This document shows positions 17,462 to 29,007 of a stretch of DNA of 64,000 nt, in pieces; position 1 is the stretch's first letter; every line of letters starts with the position of its first letter. The DNA is taken from the NCBI GenBank assembly GCA_040390065.1, contig JAZJZE010000001.1, positions 32,001 through 96,000 of the forward strand, written 5' to 3'. Source of the DNA: a bacterium. Its GTDB lineage: Archaea > Thermoplasmatota > E2 > JACPAO01 > JAHFTW01. The translations under genes and the position numbers were made by a program. The notes beneath the pieces were generated by a model that did no database searches, was not told the origin of the DNA, and saw nothing but the letters and a program-made list of their open reading frames with translations.

Positions 17462-18039
17462 ACCGCCTGCTGCGCCTTCTCGCCATGGCCCGTCGAAAGC
17501 CCCTGCAGGCCGGCCGCAAAGCCCCCAAGCCAGGCCAGGTCGTTGCGCTGCGGCACCGACATGCCGTCACCGATCACGAATTCCGTCGCCTCGATTGCGC
17601 CGCGCTGCAAGAACTCGCGCCGCGACATCGCATCCGCCTGCGGGTAGGCCGAGACGATGAGCTGCGCCTCGATCCAACCGGCGTCGCTCAGGTGCTTGAG
17701 AAGGCGCGTGTCGGCGTCGTGCACCTGCGGGTCCAGCGTCTCCATCCACGCCGCGTAGATGCTCGCAAGCGCCCGCGCCCCAGCCAGCCCATCGCCAAAC
17801 GCGTCGACGGCGTCGCGGCCGAGTTCCAGGAACGCACCCCGCAGCGACTTGACCATCGTCGGCGCCGCAAGCTTGGCACCGCCGCCGAGGCTGGTGCGCA
17901 ACTGCTCGTGGAACAACCGGGACGCCCGCGGCCGGACGTCGGAGACGTGGCGGTCGATGGCCGACGGTGTCCGCCGGCCCCGGTCGGAGAGCCGCTTTGC
18001 CGTAGCCGACCGTTGCCCCGGTGCGTGTGTCTGGGTCAC
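17458..18039 (-). CDS. Hypothetical protein
   Basis: Helical-looking ORF; TTAAG TATA-like box about 24 nt upstream of GTG 18039. Confidence 0.55.
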   Translation of the reverse strand: MTQTHAPGQRSATAKRLSDRGRRTPSAIDRHVSDVRPRASRLFHEQLRTSLGGGAKLAAPTMVKSLRGAFLELGRDAVDAFGDGLAGARALASIYAAWMETLDPQVHDADTRLLKHLSDAGWIEAQLIVSAYPQADAMSRREFLQRGAIEATEFVIGDGMSVPQRNDLAWLGGFAAGLQGLSTGHGEKAQQAV

Positions 18040-18340
18040 GGCCCGACTGTGCGCTGGACGGACCTTAACGGCACATGACCGCGGCAAAGCCGCCCCGTCC
18101 CCGCGGATTCCTCGGCCCGTGATTCCCCTCCACGCCTGGGAAAGGCTCATGTCCCGCCCAACCCTGCCTTCGCCTGAGCAGATTCCGGGCAGCCGGAATG
18201 GCGGATGCGTCCCCTGGATGGTCCGCGGCGACTCCGTTTTCTTAGCAAGCCTGCGCTTCCCTCGGTGGGAACAGTTTATATCCGTCCCTTCCTGCGCGAC
18301 CTTGCGGCCGCCGGCATCAGCCTGTGGCCTAGGTGAAAGC

Positions 18341-18532
18341 GTGGACTACACCCGTTTCGAGAAAGCCCGCATCGTCGGCGCCCGCGCCCTGCAACTCTCC
18401 ATGGGGGCCCCGCCCCTCATCGAGACCCCGGCGGACGTGCGCAACCCGGTGCGCGTCGCCATGCTCGAATACGAGGCCAGTGCCATCCCGCTCACCGTCA
18501 AGCGCAGTGCAACACACCAGGTGAAACAGTGA
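18341..18532 (+). CDS. rpo6: RNA polymerase subunit Rpo6 (K)
   Basis: [22 protein letters not shown]...IPLTVKR; AGGTGA RBS upstream; TTTATA at ~18275. Confidence 0.95.
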   Translation: MDYTRFEKARIVGARALQLSMGAPPLIETPADVRNPVRVAMLEYEASAIPLTVKRSATHQVKQ

Positions 18533-19179
18533 GCGACGAGACTTTCCTAGACCCCCAGCAGACCGCCTCCAGCGCGCCGCCGGGAACCGAACTCCTGGTC
18601 CCCGAAGAGGAATACCTCACCTCGGGCGTCCACATCGGCACGCAGCACAAGACGGCCGACATGAAGCCGTACATCTTCCGCGTCCGCAACGACGGCCTCT
18701 TCGTCCTCGACGTCGCCAAGACGGACTCCGCCCTGCGCGCCGCCGCCCAGATGATCTCCAAGTACGACCCGAAGCGCGTCCTCTTCGTGAGCCAGCGCCA
18801 GTACGGCCAGAAGCCCGTGAAGGAGTGCGCAAAGGCCGTCGGGGCCACCGCCATCGCCGGCCGCTTCATGCCGGGCAGCCTCACCAACCCCATCACGCCC
18901 AACTTCATGGAACCCGAGATCCTCATCCTGACGGACCCCCTCGGCGACGCGCAAGCCATGCGCGAATCCATGAACATCAAGATCCCCATCCTGGGCCTCG
19001 TCGACTCCAACAACGAGACGAAGAACCTCGACATCGTCATCCCGGCCAACAACAAGGGCCGCCGCAGCCTCGCCATCATCTACTGGCTGCTCGCACGCGA
19101 GATCCTCCTCGTGCGCGGCGACATCAAGGACCGCTCGGAATTCACGAAGAGCGTCGACGACTTCGAAGCGTCGCTCTAG
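18529..19179 (+). CDS. rps2: 30S ribosomal protein uS2
   Basis: [33 protein letters not shown]. Confidence 0.97.
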   Translation: MSDETFLDPQQTASSAPPGTELLVPEEEYLTSGVHIGTQHKTADMKPYIFRVRNDGLFVLDVAKTDSALRAAAQMISKYDPKRVLFVSQRQYGQKPVKECAKAVGATAIAGRFMPGSLTNPITPNFMEPEILILTDPLGDAQAMRESMNIKIPILGLVDSNNETKNLDIVIPANNKGRRSLAIIYWLLAREILLVRGDIKDRSEFTKSVDDFEASL

Positions 19180-19491
19180 TCGCTCGCGCCGTGCCACGGG
19201 CCACCTGCGGCGGCGTTGCTTGCCCGCAGGCGTCGTCAGGCTCCGTTGCCGTGGCCTCCAGCCACGCCTCCGTCGCCTTCCTAGCCTGCGGCCAAGCATC
19301 GGCCGCCTCGGTTCCGGCCCGCGCCTGACGCGAGCTCCCAGAGCGCCGCCGCCCGATTGCTCCCGGGTGACGCCGGGCGACCCGTTCGGTTCTTGCCCCC
19401 GTGCAAGGCGGCCGACTCGCGCCCGCCCTGTTCGATTGGCCGTCGCGCCTCCCATCCCCTTAAAAAACGGCCTTGCCTCGCGCAGCCTGAG

Positions 19492-21666
<2,175 letters not shown>

Positions 21667-21705
21667 CGAAGCAAGGCCTATCCGCGGCGCTGGCTTGCCG
21701 CGCCC

Positions 21706-22878
21706 GTGCCCACCTTTGCGCCGCGTCTGGACCGCATCGCAGCCTCGGCAACGCTTGCCATGAACGAACTAGTGGCAAAGAAGCGCAAGCTCGGCGCCGA
21801 TGTCGTGTCCTTCTCCGTCGGCGAGCCGGACTTCGTGACGCCCGAGCACGTGCGCGACGCCGCATCGAAGGCCCTGCGCGATGGTAAGACACATTACACG
21901 CCCGGCGCCGGCATCCCTGAACTGCGCGCCGCCATCGCCGCCGCCGAGGTCCGCGACGCGAAGATTCAGTGCGACGCAAGCAACGTCCTCGTCACACCCG
22001 CCAAGCACGGCATTTTCCTCGCCGTCATGGCCGTCGCGGACAAGGGGGCCGAGGTCATCATTCCCGACCCGGCGTGGGTGAGCTACGAGCCCATCATCGA
22101 ATGGGCGCACGCCAAGGCCAAGGGCGTGCCGCTCTCCGGCGACAACGGGTTCCGCATGACGCCGGAAGCCGTCGCAGCGGCCATCACCAAGAAGACCAAG
22201 GCCATCATCCTCAACTCGCCATCGAACCCGACGGGCGGCGTCAACACGAAGGCGGACGTCAAGGGCATCCTGGAGCTCGCCGTCGACCACGACTTGTGGG
22301 TCATCTCCGACGAGATCTACCAGAAGCTGCAGTACGAGGGAACGCCCGTCTCCCCAGCGAGCCTGCCGGGTGGCTTCGAGCGCACGCTCACGATCGACGG
22401 CTTGTCCAAGTCTTTTGCCATGACGGGCTGGCGCATGGGCTGGGTCGTAGCGCCGCCGAAGGCATTCGAGGCCGTGAGCCGCCTGCAGTCGCAGAGCATC
22501 ACGCACGTCACGAGCTTCGCCCAGTACGGAGCGCTCGCCGCCGTTGCGGGCCCACAGGACTCGGTTGCGTCGATGAAGAAGGAGTTCCAGGCGCGCCGCG
22601 ACATCATGGTGAAGGGCTTGCAGGCCTTGCCCGGCGTCACCTGCCCCGAGCCGAAGGGCGCGTTCTACTGCTTCCCGCATTTCGACCCCAAGAAGTGGGG
22701 CGGCATGCATGACGAGGCGCTCGCCCTCGCGATGCTGGACAAGGCCGACGTCGCCGTGACGGGGGGCTCCGCCTTCGGCTCGCGCGGCAAGGACCACTTG
22801 CGGTTCTCGTATGCGTGCAGCCGGGACAAGATCGCGGAAGGGATGAAGCGCTTGGCGACGTGGCAGCGGGCCCTGTAG
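21706..22878 (+). CDS. Class I PLP aminotransferase (aspartate aminotransferase-like)
   Basis: GEPDF, NSPSNPTG, SDEIY, SKSFAMTGWRMG. Confidence 0.93.
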   Translation: MPTFAPRLDRIAASATLAMNELVAKKRKLGADVVSFSVGEPDFVTPEHVRDAASKALRDGKTHYTPGAGIPELRAAIAAAEVRDAKIQCDASNVLVTPAKHGIFLAVMAVADKGAEVIIPDPAWVSYEPIIEWAHAKAKGVPLSGDNGFRMTPEAVAAAITKKTKAIILNSPSNPTGGVNTKADVKGILELAVDHDLWVISDEIYQKLQYEGTPVSPASLPGGFERTLTIDGLSKSFAMTGWRMGWVVAPPKAFEAVSRLQSQSITHVTSFAQYGALAAVAGPQDSVASMKKEFQARRDIMVKGLQALPGVTCPEPKGAFYCFPHFDPKKWGGMHDEALALAMLDKADVAVTGGSAFGSRGKDHLRFSYACSRDKIAEGMKRLATWQRAL

Positions 22879-22946
22879 AGGCGAGCGGCCGGACCTGTCC
22901 GGGACGGCGCCCCGTTATGCAGATGGCGTGCCGATGGTCATGCGTC

Positions 22947-23216
22947 ATGCCACTGCAATGGGACGAAGGCGACGGGGAGGAAGAGGCCACCCGGTCGAAC
23001 CCGCGTTTTGTCCCCAATCTTGCAAAGCGTTGGGGAGTGAGCCTTCACGACGCCACGTTGCATCTGGGCGTCCGTTGCTACACCTGCCAGGCGACCGGAC
23101 TCCTGTCGGCGCCCGTCGACGAGGGCGCAGTGCCCGATTGCGCGGCCTGGCCGACGGTCGCATGCATGATGACGGACGGCTGCGACGGCGTCGTGGTCCC
23201 AGAGGCGCTGAACTAG
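22947..23216 (+). CDS. Small Cys-rich hypothetical protein (possible Zn ribbon)
   Basis: CYTC ... CMMTDGC; fills the gap between two convergent genes. Confidence 0.5.
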   Translation: MPLQWDEGDGEEEATRSNPRFVPNLAKRWGVSLHDATLHLGVRCYTCQATGLLSAPVDEGAVPDCAAWPTVACMMTDGCDGVVVPEALN

Positions 23217-23223
23217 GTCGCGA

Positions 23224-25428
23224 CTACGGCTCCGGCTTGCCGAACTGCCCGTACAGCCGGGAGCCCTTCGTCCAACCGGCGCTCGTCGCTTTGTCCTCGA
23301 TGCCAGGCCGGATGGCTCCCGTCGGGCAGGCATCGAAGCAGGCGCCGTCGGCGATGCACAAGTCGCGGTCCACGCGGGCGGTGTCCGTCACGATGGCCGC
23401 GTTCGTCGGACAGGCGGCTTCGCAGCCATTGCAGACGATGCAGTCGGCCATGAGGACCCAGGCCTTCTTGGCTTCCGGCGTCTCCGCCGCTTGCTTCTTC
23501 ACGGCGGCGACGTCGATGACCTTGGCCCCGGACTTGGCGACGTCGTGGCTTGCGGCCCCCGCCTTCGCGGTCACGACTTCCTTCTTGACCTCCACGGCCT
23601 TGACGGAGAGTTCGACGCCTTCCTTCTGCACCTGCACGCGGAACGCGTTGAGGACCTTCTGGATCTGCGGGTATTCGGGGCAGACCTTCGCCTCCTCGGG
23701 GGTCGGGTCCGCGACGTCGAGCGCCGGCTTGAGGCTCCACGGGTCGGCGATCTTGCTGCGCGAGTAGGCGAGGGCGAGGACCATCTTGCCGCGCACGGTC
23801 TGCGTCATGGCGAGGTTGCCGGGATTGGGGATGGCCTGCGCCGTTGCGAGGTCGCAGCCCCAGAGGTCCTCGGCGTACAGCGACAATTCGTCGCCGCCGC
23901 GGGGCGTGATGGCCGCGACTTCGGCCGCCTTGACGCCGAGCGACTTGTGGCGCCGGTACTTCATCGAGCGGCCCATCATCTTGAGCATCGGGTTGCCAGC
24001 CGCGAGTTGCCAGCCAAGAGACGGCGCCGGGGTCGGTCCCTTGATCTTCATCTTGTAGACGAACTCGGGAATCGGCGCCGGCAGCGGGAAGACCATTCCC
24101 GGGTTCATCAGGTTCCGGTAGTCGGTGCTTTTCTTGTACAGCTTGAGCTTCTTGTATCGCGCGGCGCCGAAGACGGACTTGGCCTCCCATTGCAGCCACG
24201 TGCCGCAGTGGTACGCGCGGCCGCCAAGCGCCTTTGCCTGCGACACGATGTGCGCCGACGTCGCCCAGCCCAACGGGTACGTGGGGCGCCGTTCGTCGTC
24301 CGGCGTGAAGATGAAGAAGTAGACGCGGCCGTCATCCGTGACGTGGCCTTCGACCGAGAGTTCCGACGTGGGGACCTTGTTGCCGAGCCGGCGCAGGTAC
24401 TCCTGCACGTTGGCGACGGGCACGAAGGTCTCGCCAGCCACGAGGCTTGGACCGAGCCGCTTGGCGCGAATCGGGTAGAAGCGCTGCGCCCACTCCTCGC
24501 CCGCGACCTTCTCGTCGACCATCTCGGCGCCGTGCCGGGCGGCCATGCGCTCGACGTCCGCCTTCGCCGCGGTGAAGTCCTTCTCGGCGAAGCACAGCGT
24601 GATCACGTGCTTGCCCGCAAACGGGTTCTTCTTGGCGCCGATGGCCTCGCTGCGCAGGTCGTAGAAGTCGGCGTTGCGGAACATCAGGTGCTTGAGCGGC
24701 CAGCGCGCCTTGGCTTCGGCGACGACGTCCTGGAGGCTGCGGTAGTCCTTGACCGTGAGCATGACCGGCTTGTCCGGCGTCGCCTCGAGGACTTTCAGGC
24801 GTACTCCCGTGATGATGCCGGTCGAGCCCCCGAGCCCGCAGTAGAACTGGATCTGCTCGATGTCGCGGATGCGGAAGCGGTTGCCGTCGGGGCCGACGCC
24901 TTCGAGTTCGGTGACCCACTTGCCGATGTTTCCGGAACGCGTCGAGTGGATGCCGTGGCCGTCCATGGCGACGAAGCCGCCGATGGTCGCCGCGAGCGCA
25001 GAGGTGGGGTACGTCGGCAGTTCGAGCCCGACGTCGTTGAGGCGCTTCTGCAAGTCGGCGACGACGACGCCGGCGTCCACCATGACTTCCATGCGCGCCT
25101 CGTCGACCTCGATGCGCTTGTTCATGGGTGTGAGGTCGATGACGAGGCCCTTGCGCTTGGGCACGGCGCCGCCGAGCGCGTTGGTCGCTGCGGCCCGCGG
25201 CGTCATGGGGATGCGACGGCTGACGCAGAACTGCACGGCGGTCTCGACATCCTCGATGGTGTGGCAGCGCGCGACGGCGTCGGCCCGCCGCTTGACGAGA
25301 AGGTCGACGATGTTCGGCGGCGATCCGATGTCCGTCGAGTAGACCAGGCGGTCGGCCTCCGACGTCAGAAGGTTCTCGCGGCCGAGGCGGGCTGCAAGCT
25401 GCTCGAGGTCGGACCGCTTGATGGTCAC
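23224..25428 (-). CDS. GlcD/D-lactate dehydrogenase-like FAD oxidoreductase fused to C-terminal ferredoxin
   Basis: FAD_binding_4 motifs (PRAAATNALGG, ATIGG, G.TGIIT), D..NLMNPG, C-terminal CIVCNGCEAACP and CIADGACFDACP. Confidence 0.87.
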   Translation of the reverse strand: MTIKRSDLEQLAARLGRENLLTSEADRLVYSTDIGSPPNIVDLLVKRRADAVARCHTIEDVETAVQFCVSRRIPMTPRAAATNALGGAVPKRKGLVIDLTPMNKRIEVDEARMEVMVDAGVVVADLQKRLNDVGLELPTYPTSALAATIGGFVAMDGHGIHSTRSGNIGKWVTELEGVGPDGNRFRIRDIEQIQFYCGLGGSTGIITGVRLKVLEATPDKPVMLTVKDYRSLQDVVAEAKARWPLKHLMFRNADFYDLRSEAIGAKKNPFAGKHVITLCFAEKDFTAAKADVERMAARHGAEMVDEKVAGEEWAQRFYPIRAKRLGPSLVAGETFVPVANVQEYLRRLGNKVPTSELSVEGHVTDDGRVYFFIFTPDDERRPTYPLGWATSAHIVSQAKALGGRAYHCGTWLQWEAKSVFGAARYKKLKLYKKSTDYRNLMNPGMVFPLPAPIPEFVYKMKIKGPTPAPSLGWQLAAGNPMLKMMGRSMKYRRHKSLGVKAAEVAAITPRGGDELSLYAEDLWGCDLATAQAIPNPGNLAMTQTVRGKMVLALAYSRSKIADPWSLKPALDVADPTPEEAKVCPEYPQIQKVLNAFRVQVQKEGVELSVKAVEVKKEVVTAKAGAASHDVAKSGAKVIDVAAVKKQAAETPEAKKAWVLMADCIVCNGCEAACPTNAAIVTDTARVDRDLCIADGACFDACPTGAIRPGIEDKATSAGWTKGSRLYGQFGKPEP

Positions 25429-25501
25429 GGGTTGGCGACGGGAGAAGTTCTCTTAAGGGGTTCGGGGCGGCAACAGGAGGGAGGCCACCGAAAGGCCTAT
25501 C

Positions 25502-25978
25502 GTGAGGCAAGTCCACTGTGCCGTCGTGTCGCATGTCGGTTCCGTCCTGCGTTCGCGGCGCTTCGTCCGCATCGCCCACGCCGTGACGGCCGGTCTGTGC
25601 CTGCTTGCCGGACTGGCCTTCGCCGCCGGCGGATGGCAGATGCTCGGTGACAATTCGGGCTGGTCCGTCGTCGGTGGCATGATGGCGGTGCCGGTCGGCT
25701 TGGTCGGCGCCGTGCTGTCCGCCTTGGCTGTCCAGGCCGCCGTGGAGTACGATGGGCGCATCCTGCCCCGCCTCGGGCTCGCACTGTTCGACGGTGCTCT
25801 CCTTCTCCTCCTGACCGGCAGCGTCCTCGACGGGCTCAAGGCAATGGGAAAGAACCAAGCGCCCCCCAGCTGGTTGGTATGGCCGCTGATCATTGTCCTC
25901 TTTGCCTGGTCCAGCCTGCTGCTCGCAACCGTCGTCCTCCCGCCGGCGACGCGCCGCGCCCCGTCGCCGTCGCCTTGA
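25502..25978 (+). CDS. Four-TM membrane protein
   Basis: Four hydrophobic segments; start uncertain. Confidence 0.6.
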   Translation: MRQVHCAVVSHVGSVLRSRRFVRIAHAVTAGLCLLAGLAFAAGGWQMLGDNSGWSVVGGMMAVPVGLVGAVLSALAVQAAVEYDGRILPRLGLALFDGALLLLLTGSVLDGLKAMGKNQAPPSWLVWPLIIVLFAWSSLLLATVVLPPATRRAPSPSP

Positions 25979-25979
25979 A

Positions 25980-26342
25980 GTGAAGGCCGTCCCCTTCGGG
26001 GCCGTGGCCTTGACCTGCCGGGAATGTGGCCGGCCGATTGCGGACGGCTTGCTCGCGGTGTGCGAGTCGTGTACGAGAGAGCTGGAGGCGTTGTCGCCAG
26101 CACGGAAGGCCACCGTGCGCACATCGGCGTTGACGCCTGCCCTGTTTGGCGTGCTCGGCATCGTCGCAGCGGTCGTCCTGGTGGCGTTCTCCGTCGGTGA
26201 GAAATGCCCGGACGGCGCCCTTGGCGAACTCGTCTGCATCGCCACGCGCGTGCTCCTGTTCCTCGCCGGGTTGGGGGCGCTGGCGTTCAGCGCATGGATG
26301 TTCTGGAGCGCCCGCGACGCCGCCGGCCCGTACGACAACTGA
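25980..26342 (+). CDS. Zn-ribbon plus two-TM membrane protein
   Basis: CREC...CESC followed by two hydrophobic helices; GTG start directly after upstream stop. Confidence 0.6.
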   Translation: MKAVPFGAVALTCRECGRPIADGLLAVCESCTRELEALSPARKATVRTSALTPALFGVLGIVAAVVLVAFSVGEKCPDGALGELVCIATRVLLFLAGLGALAFSAWMFWSARDAAGPYDN

Positions 26343-26344
26343 TG

Positions 26345-27466
26345 CTAGCCGAAGAAGCCCTTGCGTTTGCGCGGTTTGACTTCGGTTCCGAGCTCCTTGG
26401 CCAACTCTTCGAGGAGTTCGCGGGCGCGGGCACTCGGCTTGTCGGGGACGTCGATGCGCAGCCTGACGTGGAGGTCGCCTCGACCATGCCCCCGTAGCGA
26501 TGGCATGCCCTTGCCCTTGACGCGGACGGCGGCTCCGGTCTCGGACCCCGCGGGGATGGGTACCTTGAGTGGGCCGTCGAACGTGTCGAGGTCGAGTTCT
26601 GCGCCGAGGACCGCCTGCGGGATCGAGATGGACATCTCCGTCAAGAGTTCGGTGCCTTCGCGGTGGAACCGGTCATGCTCGCGCACCTCGATCTGCACGT
26701 ACAAGTCGCCGTAGGGGCCGCCGCGCGGGCCCACCTCGCCTTGGCCGTTGACGCGCAGGCTCTGGCCGGTCTCGATGCCGGGCGGAATCGTGACCGTGAC
26801 GGCGCGACGATGCCTCTCGTGGCCAGTACCGCGGCACGTGTGGCAGGGCTTCTCGATGGTGCGACCCTCGCCGTTGCACGTCGGGCACGTCGTCACTTGG
26901 CTCATGGTGCCAAAGGGAGTGCGCACCATGCGTTGCACACGGCCTTCGCCGCCGCAGGACGTGCAGGCGGACACCTTGCTGCCTGGTTCGGCGCCGTTGC
27001 CTTCGCACGTCTCGCAGCCTTCCAGCCGCCAGTACTCGATGCGCGCCTCGGTCCCGTGCAGGGCCTGCTCGAGGGAGATGGCATGTGCGACTTGCAGGTC
27101 GCGGCCGCGGCCCGGCCCGCCACCGCGGCGCCCACCGCCGAAGCCGAACATCTGGGAGAACAGGTCCTCGAATCCCATGCCGCCGAAGAGGTCCTCGACA
27201 TTGATGTTGCGGTACAGGTCGTCGGCGGAGTACTGCGAATCGATGCCGGCGTGCCCGAGCTGGTCGTAGCGCGCCCTCTTGTCCGTGTCCGACAGCACGG
27301 CATACGCTTCGGAGAGCTCCTTGAACTTGTCCTCGGCGTCGGCAGCCTTGTTGCGGTCCGGGTGCAGTTGGATGGCGAGCTTGCGGTAGGCCTTCTTGAT
27401 GGCGTCGGCATCCGCGTCGCGCCCCACGCCAAGCACGTCGTAGTAGTCCCGCTTGCCCGTGGCCAC
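26345..27466 (-). CDS. dnaJ: Chaperone DnaJ (type I)
   Basis: DYYDVLGV, HPD, G/F region, four CxxCxGxG repeats. Confidence 0.97.
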   Translation of the reverse strand: MATGKRDYYDVLGVGRDADADAIKKAYRKLAIQLHPDRNKAADAEDKFKELSEAYAVLSDTDKRARYDQLGHAGIDSQYSADDLYRNINVEDLFGGMGFEDLFSQMFGFGGGRRGGGPGRGRDLQVAHAISLEQALHGTEARIEYWRLEGCETCEGNGAEPGSKVSACTSCGGEGRVQRMVRTPFGTMSQVTTCPTCNGEGRTIEKPCHTCRGTGHERHRRAVTVTIPPGIETGQSLRVNGQGEVGPRGGPYGDLYVQIEVREHDRFHREGTELLTEMSISIPQAVLGAELDLDTFDGPLKVPIPAGSETGAAVRVKGKGMPSLRGHGRGDLHVRLRIDVPDKPSARARELLEELAKELGTEVKPRKRKGFFG

Positions 27467-27512
27467 GGCGCGGCCACAGTGCGCCGCTTCTAATCGCTTG
27501 CTCCCGGTGCGG

Positions 27513-28007
27513 CTACGGGTTCGTGAACTTGCCCACGGTTGCGAGCAGGAGGCCGGCGACGACGAGGGTCACGAGGTAGTAGCCGACGTTGACGAAGTAG
27601 ACGGGCCACTTCTGCCGCTCGAAGGCGACGCGGTTCAGGTTGACGGGCACCATGAATCCCAGCCAGGTGAAGACGCCGCCCATGACGCCGTCCATCGGGG
27701 AAAGGCTGTAGTCGGCCTTGCCGTGCGTCGCGGTGTTCCTGTACGCATCCTGGTACACCCAGTAGTCGTGGGCGAGGACGAACATGAGAAGGAACGCGCC
27801 GACGAGCATCAGGATCATCGACGTGGCCATCTCTTTCGCGGGCGGCTTCGGCATCGTGGCGGGGTCGAGCCCCTGGTCGCGCATCCAGATCTTCCCCGTC
27901 GGCGACCACTTCGAGTACCAAAGGAAGCCGATGACGACGTTTGCAACGAGCGCGGCGGCGAGGCCGAGCCAGTTGAAGCCTGCAAAACTCCAAGCAGTGG
28001 GGTCCAT
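27513..28007 (-). CDS. DUF1761 family membrane protein
   Basis: NWLGLAAALVANVVIGFLWYS...GKIW, WLGF, FE.QKW...NVGY. Confidence 0.8.
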   Translation of the reverse strand: MDPTAWSFAGFNWLGLAAALVANVVIGFLWYSKWSPTGKIWMRDQGLDPATMPKPPAKEMATSMILMLVGAFLLMFVLAHDYWVYQDAYRNTATHGKADYSLSPMDGVMGGVFTWLGFMVPVNLNRVAFERQKWPVYFVNVGYYLVTLVVAGLLLATVGKFTNP

Positions 28008-28069
28008 GGTTTGCGCCTACCGTACGTTGCCTTGGAAAAGGGAGGAGGGGAGGAAGGTGAACGCGGGTC

Positions 28070-28516
28070 TCAGAGCGTCGCGAAGATGAGCCCGGCCACG
28101 AGGATGTTCACCAGCTGGTACCCGCCGTTGATGGCGACCAGGCCCATGGGGCGCTTCTCCCAGGCCAGAGAGCCGAGAAGCTGCGGGACCATGAAGCCCA
28201 TCCAAAAGAGGAGGGCCCAGCCCATCAGCTCGCCGACGTCGTTCTGGTGGACCGTGATTCCGCCACCGCTGACCTTCTTGCCGACCGTCAAGCCGAGCGC
28301 AAGCATCATGAGGAACGACCCGACGAGCATCATGACGAGGCCTTTCATCATCTCCCCGGAGTCCGGCTTGGCCTTCGGGTCCATGCCCATGTAGCCCATC
28401 CACATCTTTCCGGTGGGGAACCAGCCGGCGTACCAGACGAAGCCGATCACGAAGTTTGCAACGATGGCGACGGCGAGAGCGACCCAATTCATGTATTCGA
28501 AGTCGAAGGCATTCAT
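28070..28516 (-). CDS. DUF1761 family membrane protein, tandem paralog
   Basis: NWVALAVAIVANFVIGFVWY...GKMW, WMGF, WEKRP...INGGY. Confidence 0.8.
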   Translation of the reverse strand: MNAFDFEYMNWVALAVAIVANFVIGFVWYAGWFPTGKMWMGYMGMDPKAKPDSGEMMKGLVMMLVGSFLMMLALGLTVGKKVSGGGITVHQNDVGELMGWALLFWMGFMVPQLLGSLAWEKRPMGLVAINGGYQLVNILVAGLIFATL

Positions 28517-28663
28517 GGTGTTCACAGCCCAGGAGGGCAAACGGAACTCCGCCAGGTGCTATACAAGGGTGCCAGACTCCATCGCGTCGCCAACCTGCAG
28601 GCGATGCACCGGAAGCGCCAGGGCGGCCCAGAGGCATAGTTGTAAATGGCCCGCGAACCAATA

Positions 28664-28950
28664 GGAGAGGGCTCTGCGGGGTCAAACCCACAGGGAAGGA
28701 CAATCATTTCGGTGATTGGCCCTCCAACACCCAGGAGAGGGGCGCGGCTTACTCGCCCCCAACCGACGTGGCCTGGCGGCTACGACCCGGTCAAGTGAAC
28801 CAGAGGGTTGCTAAGAGGCGAAAGCCGACTTGGCGACTAGACGGGAAAAACCTGGATGGCCTCGGTCTTCGGACCAAGGAAGCCGAAAGGCGTGGAGCCG
28901 TGGAATCGCTCGGTGCCGCACCGACCTTTCCACGTTCGAGGGGATTTTTT
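28664..28950 (+). ncRNA. Unassigned highly structured non-coding RNA (~270-285 nt)
   Basis: Nested helices with UUCG and GAAA tetraloops on the + strand, G-U pairs, upstream TTGTAAAT box (28640-28647) and downstream T-tract. Confidence 0.72.
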
Positions 28951-29007
28951 CCGGTCGACGTCCCGTGCGTCGGCGCCGCCGCCTTTTTGAACCAGTCGAG
29001 GCGTGCC

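Noticed and set aside
19180-19480. 300-bp GC-rich gap after rps2 as possible SRP RNA or small gene
   Set aside because: No SRP motifs on either strand and no convincing ORF
28664-28780. Tandem glycine riboswitch (two GGAGAG starts, GAAGGA)
   Set aside because: No CTCTCAGG aptamer ends, the downstream gene is unrelated and has its own TATA-like box
28664-28950. RNase P RNA, SRP RNA or group II intron identity for the structured RNA
   Set aside because: CGGCTTAC and GAGCCGTG...CACGTTC are only partial resemblances; the GAGGAAAGTCC and SRP helix-8 signatures are missing and it is too short for a group II intron. Left unassigned pending cmscan
28456-29007. N-terminal extension of the 563-aa ORF across the structured region
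   Set aside because: The signal peptide and a TATA-like box place the real start near 29008; the extension is not protein-like
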